Part shown: positions 1-7,070 of the stretch, piece by piece
Layout: the number at the start of each line of letters is the position of its first letter
Numbering within the stretch: position 1 is the first letter of the stretch
Assembly: GCA_963808345.1 (NCBI GenBank)
Contig: CAWEFM010000001.1
Coordinates: 472,884-536,883 of the forward strand
From: an uncultured Actinomycetota bacterium
GTDB lineage: Bacteria; Actinomycetota; Actinomycetes; Mycobacteriales; Mycobacteriaceae
DNA length: 64,000 bases
Direction of reading: 5' to 3'
Program-made: the position numbers and the translations under genes
The notes under the pieces: generated by a model
Database searches by the model: none
What the model was told of the DNA's origin: nothing
What the model saw: the letters and a program-made list of their open reading frames with translations, nothing else

Positions 1-1
1 G

Positions 2-472
2 AAGGAGGCTCAGGCCAAGGTGGATGCCGCCGTCAAGGGCCAGGGGGTGGACACCACTGATGTCGCGGCACAGCTTGCCGCTGACCGCTTTTGGCGCAGG
101 ACTGAGCGCACCCTGGACAGCATCAAGGACCAGGGCAAGCTGGTTTCGGCAGCGCGGGAGTTGATCGCGAACGCCACCGATGCGGAGCTACCTGTGGTCG
201 CCGAAGAGATCGGGTCCTACCTGACCAGCAGGGGCGCCCCGACTGGCTGGCTGAATACCGCTCTGGGGCGACGGATTCCAGGTGCCGATGACTTGCGGGC
301 AGACGCCGCGCTCAAGAACAAGCGTGTGGCTGTGCTGAACCAGAACCACAACAGCCTCACCAAGGCGTTCGCTGCCGGTACGCCCACGCCGCCGTTGCTG
401 GACCCATTTTCGCCAAGCATCACGGCCGACGAGTACACGAACGGCCAGCCGTACAGCCCGACCGGCGAATAA
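2..472 (+). CDS. Hypothetical element protein (5' partial, frame open to the window edge)
   Basis: Open frame from position 2 to TAA at 472 with high-GC3 codons. No recognisable domain. Confidence 0.7.
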   Translation, partial: KEAQAKVDAAVKGQGVDTTDVAAQLAADRFWRRTERTLDSIKDQGKLVSAARELIANATDAELPVVAEEIGSYLTSRGAPTGWLNTALGRRIPGADDLRADAALKNKRVAVLNQNHNSLTKAFAAGTPTPPLLDPFSPSITADEYTNGQPYSPTGE

Positions 473-515
473 GCAATGCCCACAGCGCGGAAGGTGGTTT
501 CGGAATAGTGATTGT

Positions 516-716
516 CCGGCTGGCTTGGGCGTTTTCCGACGAAGGGTCCTCCTCCCTTCGGTCTGGGCTGGCCGGCTCGTCCGCTCGGGGCGGGTGCTGC
601 GCCACTGCTACCACGCGGTGGTCCACCTGGGCGGGCGTCGACTGGCGGCGGGGGCGTCGAGCGTCGAGGCAGGGCCTTTCGTGTCGGCTCTGACTTGGCT
701 CCGCCCCCGCCGTCAG
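516..716 (+). ncRNA. Candidate structured RNA / cis-regulatory leader of three tandem bulged hairpins
   Basis: Stems 516-530/561-575, 578-589/626-637 and 642-656/702-716 pair fully on the + strand when G-U is allowed, and each has an inner stem. Lies between the ORF ending at 472 and the ORF starting at 746. Confidence 0.55.
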
Positions 717-745
717 CTTCCACCCCACGAAGGGAGATCACCGCA

Positions 746-928
746 ATGAGTGAGGCACAACCGACAGCGGCTGTCCCGGTGTCTTCGACGCCGACGCGAG
801 TCACCGTCGCGCAGTTGGCCGACGGCATGTCGATCATGGACGCCTACAGGGCGGGCAGGTTCGCGGCGCTGGGAGCGCCAGCGCCACCGGCACGGGTGCC
901 ACGTTCAAGGCGCGGAATGCCCTGGTAG
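746..928 (+). CDS. Small hypothetical protein (60 aa, MSEAQPTAAVP...)
   Basis: ATG at 746 preceded by a GAAGGGAG RBS. It is the 3' part of the track ORF 512..928. Confidence 0.65.
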   Translation: MSEAQPTAAVPVSSTPTRVTVAQLADGMSIMDAYRAGRFAALGAPAPPARVPRSRRGMPW

Positions 929-957
929 TTCATCAGAATTCGATTGGAGGAAACGCG

Positions 958-1146
958 ATGGCTGAGAATGTTCGACCGACCGGAGCGCAGGACGCGGCTA
1001 CTCAGGCCCGCGCCGGTGAGGCCAGGGTGATCGGCAGCGACCAGGACCGCTCTGCTTCGGGGGCGCCTGACGCTGCGTCGGGCCTGGACACTTTGAAGGG
1101 CAACATCGCCAACGAGCCTGGCCCCGGCCCGCTGTTCACCAGGTAG
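958..1146 (+). CDS. Small hypothetical protein (62 aa)
   Basis: GGAGG RBS upstream. Ends 2 nt before the HNH gene. Confidence 0.7.
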   Translation: MAENVRPTGAQDAATQARAGEARVIGSDQDRSASGAPDAASGLDTLKGNIANEPGPGPLFTR

Positions 1147-1148
1147 CG

Positions 1149-1541
1149 ATGCCCCGACGCGCCCCGAAACTCTGCGCTCACCCGCTTTGTGGTGCTGTCG
1201 TCCCTGCTGGTCAGCGGCATTGCGACGAACACAAGCGGGAGCCGTGGAAGACGGCCGCGCCGACCGCGAGCGCGGTCGCGTCGAATGACCCGAACTGGCC
1301 GACCATCCGCCGGCGCATCCTTGAGCGCGACGGTCACCGCTGCCGACTGCGCTTCCCGGTGTGCAGTGGGGTCGCCACCCATGTGGATCACATCGTGGAA
1401 GCTGCGGACGGCGGCGACAACAGCGACGGCAACTTGCAAGCTGTGTGCGAGCCATGCCATAGGTCCAAGACGGGCCGTGATGCTCGCGCCCGTCAACTGG
1501 GAACCGGGAAGCACGCGCGGAGGTCTGATGGCGTCCAGTGA
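1149..1541 (+). CDS. HNH endonuclease, phage packaging-associated (HK97 gp74-like)
   Basis: N-terminal CxxxxC...C and ILERDGHRC...C...HVDHI...GG...NLQAVCEPCHRSKT HNH motif. Upstream of a TerS-like gene. Confidence 0.9.
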   Translation: MPRRAPKLCAHPLCGAVVPAGQRHCDEHKREPWKTAAPTASAVASNDPNWPTIRRRILERDGHRCRLRFPVCSGVATHVDHIVEAADGGDNSDGNLQAVCEPCHRSKTGRDARARQLGTGKHARRSDGVQ

Positions 1542-1717
1542 CGACCATGGTCTGGGCCGAGGTACTGCACCACGGTCTGGCTCAGGCGCTGCTGCGGGGT
1601 CTGCTACCGGGCCAGGTACTACCGACCATGGCGCGTTCATGCGACCGTTGCGGCGTTCACCGCTACGGTAGCGAGGACTTCGCGGCGCAGCATGTGTGCG
1701 ACGAGCGCACAACGTGA
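1538..1717 (+). CDS. Small putative zinc-binding protein (59 aa, CDRC...HVC), not in the ORF track
   Basis: GTG overlaps the HNH stop (GTGA). Translates VTTMVWAEVLHHGLAQALLRGLLPGQVLPTMARSCDRCGVHRYGSEDFAAQHVCDERTT*. Confidence 0.55.
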   Translation: MTTMVWAEVLHHGLAQALLRGLLPGQVLPTMARSCDRCGVHRYGSEDFAAQHVCDERTT

Positions 1718-1852
1718 CGATCACTCAGCGCCAAGCAAATTCCGTTACCGCCCAAGAGACGGCTAGGCACTGGGATTCATGCCCCGGCATTGCTTGCGTG
1801 AATGCAACTGGCGACACAGGCGGCTCTCGCACGCGAACATCGCGGACACCCG

Positions 1853-1971
1853 CTGACCACCATGACGGCCATCTGCTACGTCACCAGCATGGCGGCCATC
1901 TCGCCGGTGGTCACCAGCCTGCTGGCCATCTCGCCGGTCACCAGCATGGCGGCCATCTCGCCGGTCACCAG
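1853..1971. repeat. 27-bp tandem repeat (GTCACCAGCATGGCGGCCATCTCGCCG), 3 copies plus degenerate/partial flanking units
   Basis: Units at 1880-1906, 1910-1936 and 1937-1963, partial at 1964-1971, degenerate at 1853-1879. Confidence 0.9.
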
Positions 1972-2426
1972 TCCCCCGACCCAGGGCACCATCCGCCGAC
2001 TGAACAACACCCGCGACGCCTGTCCCCTCGCACCAACTGGGGCGACCGCTGCCACCATCCACCGAAGGGGCAAGCAGACCCACCGCCGAATGATGCTGCA
2101 CGCCAACACCTACAGCAAACACGGCACCGTCCACAGCAAACCACCATCCGGTCAACGCCGCTGACGACCATCCCCGCCACCCATCACCACGGTCACCATC
2201 GCCGCAGGTCAGACACCCCCACCGGGCTGGACCCCTCCCCCCAGTGCGCCGCCAGCATGGCTGACAACACGCGATTTCCGAGGCTGCAATGCACCCGTAA
2301 ACCCGCTTGCCGGTGGGCAGCAAACCGGCTTAGTCGTGCAGCAAACCTGCTGGTGGCACCGGCCGTGCGGGACGCGCCGGCATCGGAACGCGCTGGCCGC
2401 CGCCGGGCCGGCCGTAGACTTGGCGT

Positions 2427-2966
2427 ATGAGTGTTGACCAGCGCAGACGCGCCGTCGCGGAGCTGCTCGACGCAGACCCGTCGCTGTCGCAGCGGGCGAT
2501 CGCGGAGCGGCTCGGGGTCTCCCAGAAGACCATCAGCCGGGACCTGGCCGCGGTGGGTCAATTCGTGACTAACCTGTCCGGACGGGCGCCGGCGCCTGTT
2601 TCGCCGCAGGTCAATGGGGTGTCGCGTGGTGACTCGCTAGTCAAATCCATCGTCGCGGAGATGCGGAAGAACGGCTTAGAGCCCGATTCTCGCGAGGAAC
2701 AGCTACTCGACGTTGCCCGCCGGCTGGCCGATCGGTTGGATGTGCTTGATCAACTGGTCGCCAGGGACGGCGTGAGTCGCACGGTCAACGGGCGGGTTGC
2801 CCTTCATCCCGGCTTGGCCGAATCGAGGCAAGTCGAAGCGGTCCTGGTGCGCGCCCTCGCCGGCATCCAGTTGGAGGAGACCCACAAGAACGCGACCAAG
2901 CAGCGCGCGGCGAACACTAGGTGGGCGTCGCATCGGCTCAAGGCCGTCGCGCGAGGGGAGAGCTGA
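2427..2966 (+). CDS. HTH domain fused to P27-family-like terminase small subunit
   Basis: N-terminal HTH (SLSQRAIAERLGVSQKTISRDL). C-terminal LLDVARRLADRLDVL...DG...HPGLAESRQ...LVRAL pattern typical of actinobacterial P27-type TerS. Confidence 0.7.
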   Translation: MSVDQRRRAVAELLDADPSLSQRAIAERLGVSQKTISRDLAAVGQFVTNLSGRAPAPVSPQVNGVSRGDSLVKSIVAEMRKNGLEPDSREEQLLDVARRLADRLDVLDQLVARDGVSRTVNGRVALHPGLAESRQVEAVLVRALAGIQLEETHKNATKQRAANTRWASHRLKAVARGES

Positions 2967-2967
2967 G

Positions 2968-3402
2968 ATGGCCCGGAAGATCGCGGCCAGGGAGCCGGCG
3001 GCGCCGACCGTGCGGGTGCCCGGCGTCTACCGGGCGGTGCTCAGGGAGTGGTGCAGAGCCGAGGCCGTCGAGCAGCTCTCCGACCCGCTGACGGGCGTCC
3101 TGGCCGGCCCGGAGGCTGACGTCCTGGCCGAGGAGTTGTTCGCCGAGCGCGCCGGCCAACCGCTGAGTGTTCGTTGGTACGTCTTCAAGGATGCGGACCT
3201 GTTGCCGTTGCCGGCGCCGCTGGATGAGGTCGGCAGTGGGCGCGGACCGCGACGGCTGCGGGTGTGGCCCGACGACCGCGTTGATGCCGCTGAGTGGGCC
3301 GCCGACGTGGCGGCGAAGTATGAGAAGGCGCGGCACTTCCCTGGATGCGACCAGGCCTTTTTTCAGGCGGCTGCCGCCCTGACTGGAGCGGTTGGACACT
3401 GA
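2968..3402 (+). CDS. Hypothetical element protein
   Basis: ATG 1 nt after the TerS stop, GAGGGGAG RBS, high GC3. Confidence 0.7.
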   Translation: MARKIAAREPAAPTVRVPGVYRAVLREWCRAEAVEQLSDPLTGVLAGPEADVLAEELFAERAGQPLSVRWYVFKDADLLPLPAPLDEVGSGRGPRRLRVWPDDRVDAAEWAADVAAKYEKARHFPGCDQAFFQAAAALTGAVGH

Positions 3403-3403
3403 C

Positions 3404-3673
3404 ATGGCAATCACCGAAGGCAAAGGGAATTCGATCGCGTTCAGCGGCGGCGGCGTGCAGACCGAGCCACCGCAGTACCAGGGCAGTGCCCCGGTCTTCG
3501 CCAGGCCGGGAGAGCCGGAACCGAATGTGATCAGCGGGGAAGCCTTGCAGCCGCCGCAGGCCAGGCCGCGCCGTGAGGCAACGCGGACGAGGGCCGAAGC
3601 GCGCAAGCTGGGTCTGGCCCACGCAGAAGCACTCGACTTGTCCCGCGAGGAAGTGCTGGCCTACGAAGCCTGA
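3404..3673 (+). CDS. Hypothetical element protein (89 aa)
   Basis: ATG 1 nt after the previous stop, operon-like packing. Confidence 0.65.
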   Translation: MAITEGKGNSIAFSGGGVQTEPPQYQGSAPVFARPGEPEPNVISGEALQPPQARPRREATRTRAEARKLGLAHAEALDLSREEVLAYEA

Positions 3674-3881
3674 CGGCCCCGCGCTGGCTCCAGCTTCATC
3701 TTCCCGGCCGTTTGGCCGCTCCGAGAGTAAGCCCACCAGGCAGCACCCGAGATTAGGCAACAGCCGAGGGGTCCGGCGGGCGATACGCGGTCAAGCCGCC
3801 TGGTGGCCACGGCGCGAGAAATCCCAAGCCGAAGCCGGGGCTTGCATTCCGTTGCCGTACCCAAAGGCGAAGCAGCGGAGC

Positions 3882-4148
3882 CTAAGTCGCGGCATACCAT
3901 TCGGTGGTCACGATCATGTTGGCCTGCGCCACCACCACCTCGTCGGCGGCGATCCCGTCCCAGTCGCCGGTGCCGAGGATTTCGGCCTGCGCTCCTGAGT
4001 ACGGCCTCCACCCGGTGTGCGGCTGCCACGTCTCGGCCTTTGCGCGCTTCCATGCCTCCCAGTCGGCGGCGCTGTCACCCGTGACCGGCGCGTCAATCCG
4101 CAGCAGCTTGGTCGCGTACTGCGGCAACGCGTTTGCGTAGAAAAGCAT
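3882..4148 (-). CDS. Small hypothetical protein (88 aa, Trp-rich)
   Basis: MLFYANALPQYATKLLRID... with GAGG upstream. Divergent from the DAC gene. Confidence 0.6.
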   Translation of the reverse strand: MLFYANALPQYATKLLRIDAPVTGDSAADWEAWKRAKAETWQPHTGWRPYSGAQAEILGTGDWDGIAADEVVVAQANMIVTTEWYAAT

Positions 4149-4226
4149 CCTATGAACCTCATTTCGCCGGGACACGCTGGCACAAAATACAACGCCTGAC
4201 CTGCGGTTTTTATTTCTGAACGGGTC

Positions 4227-4260
4227 CGCGGCGAACCGCGGCGCGCGGCGAACCGCGGCG
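4227..4260. repeat. Perfect 17-bp tandem duplication CGCGGCGAACCGCGGCG x2
   Basis: Copies at 4227-4243 and 4244-4260, in the divergent intergenic region upstream of the DAC gene. Confidence 0.85.
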
Positions 4261-4350
4261 CAAGGCGGTTGCAGGCGACAGCGACCGCTGACGCCCGCGT
4301 ATCGGCGTCGGTTAGCCCACACCGGCTAGGGGGCATGACACGATCGGGGG

Positions 4351-6096
4351 GTGCAAGGCGACACCATTGAGCAGTTCATGTGGAGCTTCCAGCGCCAGTT
4401 CCGAACTTTGGTGGAGATGAGGCTTCGGAAGTCTCTGGAGGTGCTCGGTGTGCCTAACGAGCCGACGGTCTTCTTGATAGGTCTATTGAGAATGGGCGGC
4501 TCGGGCCATCCGCTTTGCGTAGAGCCCGAGCGAGGGCCGATCAGCCCGGCAGATTTCGACGGTCTGCATGACCGGGCCAGCGAGCTTTACCGCCAAGACC
4601 CCGACAGCAAGGTGATGAACACCGTCGCGTGGGTGCACGAACGGCGGCAGCAGTCAATCCGCCAGCGCGCCTATGGCAACGCCATCAGTGAGGTGCTAGA
4701 GGCAAAGCTCGGGCCTGGCTGGCGGTACTTCGTTTGGCTCCCGGCCCTGGTAGACGAGCACTTTGTGTTTACCGCGGTAGGGCTACCTGAGCGGGTCCTC
4801 GACGCCGCGCCGCACCTGGCATCCCGGACGATGGCCGACCGGCACCCCGTCACGCAATCGCTTGTCCAGGGCGTCATTGACGAGATCCTCCGGCTGAGCA
4901 GACGAGCGCTGTATGAGCCGGACGCTGGCGCCGGCCTCGACATCGGCGCCGAACCCGCCGACGTTGCCAGGGCGGCGGGCAGGGCCCTGACCCTCTCCGC
5001 CACCATGCTGGCCGGCAACGAGATGCCTACGGAGTTGTTCGACGGATTGAACCGGGTGGCGACTGCACGGTACGAACAGCGGGTGGGCACCGGATCGCTG
5101 CTAGTCACTCGCCGGGGCTCAGAGCACATCAAACGCTCTGTTACTCTCCGGGCGCCCGTCCGTATCAGCGAAACGAGAACGCTCAGGAAGCTGCTGGAGA
5201 CCAGCAGCCGTGACGGCGAGTCGCTACTCACCGACGGCGACGAGGTCTACGGGCTCGGACGACTGTTGAAGGGATATCCCGCTGACTCTGAGTCGGTGTT
5301 TGAGGTGCTCGTCGTCGGTGACGGCACCTGGGAGCTACGCCACGCCGGCATCGGGCTGGCGACCGTGCAATACGGTGCACCGCGGTTGCCCGAAGAGCCG
5401 GTGCGGCGCGATCAGTTCGACGATGTTTGCAGTCGGGTCTTCGGAGAATGCAACACCGATGCGCTGTGGGCGCTCGCCACGTCGGCAGGTAAGGCTGAGC
5501 ATGGAACGATGCTCGTCATCTCCGAAAGCGCCGTCGATGAGGCGGCCAGGCTTGGAAGCCAAGCATTGACTATCGACCCGACGACGCTCGACGACGGGCT
5601 CGTCCGGCAATTCACTGGTATCGACGGCGCTGTCCTTGTCGACCCATCCGGGCAATGCCATGCCGCGGGACTCATTCTCGACGGCACTGCTACCAGCGAG
5701 GGCGACCGTTCCCGCGGTGCGCGGTATAACTCCGCGGTGCGATATCTTTCCTCCACGAGAGGTACGCCGACAGTCATCCTGCTGGTGTCGGAAGACGGGA
5801 TGATCAATCTCCTACCAAGGCTCCGCCCAAGGATGAGTCGCGCCGAGCTGGTCGTCTTGCTCAATGAGTTGCGGGATGCGGCAGCTCTCGAACCCGTCCA
5901 CGCCGAACGGTTCTTTAGGGCATATCGCCGAATTGAGAAGGTGGCGTTCTATCTTTCGCCAGGCCAGATCGACGAAGTCAACGCCCTGATGGACGATCAT
6001 CGGGAGCGCCGCAAGGCGGACGGTGCGTCGATGTGGGTGAACGTGCCGCCGCTTCGCCCCGACCCGGAGATGACCGACGACTTCCTCGTCGATTGA
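4351..6096 (+). CDS. DisA_N/DAC (diadenylate cyclase-like) domain protein with long N-terminal sensor-like region
   Basis: HGTMLVIS, TGIDGAVLVD (DGA motif), RGARYNSA (variant of the RHR motif) and VSEDG in the C-terminal third. No DisA linker/HhH or CdaA TM segments are evident. Confidence 0.85.
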   Translation: MQGDTIEQFMWSFQRQFRTLVEMRLRKSLEVLGVPNEPTVFLIGLLRMGGSGHPLCVEPERGPISPADFDGLHDRASELYRQDPDSKVMNTVAWVHERRQQSIRQRAYGNAISEVLEAKLGPGWRYFVWLPALVDEHFVFTAVGLPERVLDAAPHLASRTMADRHPVTQSLVQGVIDEILRLSRRALYEPDAGAGLDIGAEPADVARAAGRALTLSATMLAGNEMPTELFDGLNRVATARYEQRVGTGSLLVTRRGSEHIKRSVTLRAPVRISETRTLRKLLETSSRDGESLLTDGDEVYGLGRLLKGYPADSESVFEVLVVGDGTWELRHAGIGLATVQYGAPRLPEEPVRRDQFDDVCSRVFGECNTDALWALATSAGKAEHGTMLVISESAVDEAARLGSQALTIDPTTLDDGLVRQFTGIDGAVLVDPSGQCHAAGLILDGTATSEGDRSRGARYNSAVRYLSSTRGTPTVILLVSEDGMINLLPRLRPRMSRAELVVLLNELRDAAALEPVHAERFFRAYRRIEKVAFYLSPGQIDEVNALMDDHRERRKADGASMWVNVPPLRPDPEMTDDFLVD

Positions 6097-6336
6097 AGCC
6101 CCGCCTGGTTCCCAATGTGGCCCGCGGCCCGGCCCGTGCAATGCCACCCCTGACGGTCGATCCGTCATCACCGGCTCTGCCCTCAGCCGTAGGCCGCGCC
6201 GCGCAGTGCTGGCCCGCACTTACCGCAATCGCGGGGGATCTAGGGAATATAGAGTGGCGGCCCCTGGCTGTTCCAGGGCCTTTCTCGTCGGCACCAGCGC
6301 TGACGCCCAGCTTGGGCACGCTGAAGTCCTGCCAAG

Positions 6337-6828
6337 TTATTCCTCGCGCGCCATCAACTGGTGAAGCTGCCGGATGAAGTCAGCCGCCCGCTTGCGTGAC
6401 TTGTCGTTGTTCTGCGGCGAGATTCGGACCGACTCTTCGTCTGTGGTGAAGTGAATCGTCGCGCTGGGCCGAACTTCCACCGGCGCCTGGTTCACGGTCG
6501 CCGCCTCCACGCTGAGATCTACCTTCCCGACCGTGTCGACCGAGCGGAACCAACCACTGATCGTCGCTTCGTCCGACCCGGCGGCCTTGCTGACCGTCAG
6601 TGAGCCGATCGCATCACCACGAAGCCAGTAAACGGTGAAGCATTCGTCTTCGGGTTTGGCTGGAAAGAATCCTTGGATGTTGTCCCGAGATCCCATGAAC
6701 TGGGCGAGGGCGTAGGCGAGTGCCGTCACCTCAATGTCAGTCAAGCTGCTGAGTTGCGCGTGGCCGGCGATGCCCGTTCGGATGTCAGTTTCGAGCTTGT
6801 CGGCGTACTCCTTGGTGGCGTCATCCAT
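6337..6828 (-). CDS. Hypothetical cargo protein (163 aa)
   Basis: MDDATKEYADKLE... start chosen downstream of the att arm repeats. Coding-like composition. Confidence 0.7.
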   Translation of the reverse strand: MDDATKEYADKLETDIRTGIAGHAQLSSLTDIEVTALAYALAQFMGSRDNIQGFFPAKPEDECFTVYWLRGDAIGSLTVSKAAGSDEATISGWFRSVDTVGKVDLSVEAATVNQAPVEVRPSATIHFTTDEESVRISPQNNDKSRKRAADFIRQLHQLMAREE

Positions 6829-6847
6829 AAGCGCGAGCCTAGAAGCG

Positions 6848-6876
6848 TGCCCACATTTTGCCCACACTTGCCCACA
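6848..6876. repeat. Three TGCCCACA direct repeats, putative tyrosine-integrase arm-type sites
   Basis: At 6848-6855, 6859-6866 and 6869-6876 (10-11 bp period), about 85 bp from the att core. Confidence 0.7.
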
Positions 6877-6958
6877 GAATTGCCTAATCGAGTGTGAATC
6901 ACTGTGATGTGTTTTGGCTGCTAGAGCGGTTTTCGGCTCTCTGAACTGGCCCCGGATT

Positions 6959-7044
6959 AGAACCACGACTTCTTCTCCGGGTCGGGGTCGTCGTACGTGA
7001 TCGGCAAGGCCGTCGTCACCGAGGACGAGGACTGGATCTTTTAA
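6959..7044 (+). pseudogene. nrdF2: Displaced 3' end of class Ib ribonucleotide reductase small subunit gene; attR of the element
   Basis: 6961-7044 reads NHDFFSGSGSSYVIGKAVVTEDEDWIF*, the hallmark NrdF C-terminus, preceded by an in-frame TAG. nrdF2 normally lies just upstream of Rv3046c-adhC. Confidence 0.9.
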
Positions 7045-7070
7045 GGTGGCCGCGGGCTACTCGGAGTGCT

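Larger units (their letters stand above)
1..7044. mobile_element. Right part of an integrated phage satellite / prophage-like element inserted in the 3' end of nrdF2
   Basis: HNH and small-terminase-like genes, small co-oriented ORFs and cargo genes. Ends in an nrdF 3'-end fragment preceded by arm-type direct repeats. Core synteny (Rv3046c, adhC) resumes shortly after. The integrase is not in the window. Confidence 0.8.

Noticed and set aside
512-745. N-terminal extension of ORF 512..928 and other ORFs across 217-837
   Set aside because: Low-complexity Gly/Pro/Arg translation over a hairpin-rich region. A good RBS supports a start at 746.
1853-1971. 27-bp repeats as a CRISPR array
   Set aside because: Units are contiguous (0-3 nt between them), with no unique spacers and no cas genes.
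3733-3806. CCACCAGGC/GCCTGGTGG inverted repeat as another structured RNA
   Set aside because: A single stem with a long unstructured loop is expected by chance in GC-rich DNA, or is at most a terminator.
6829-6966. N-terminal 46 aa of ORF 6337..6966
   Set aside because: Overlaps the att core and arm repeats. The ATG at 6828 is the more plausible start.
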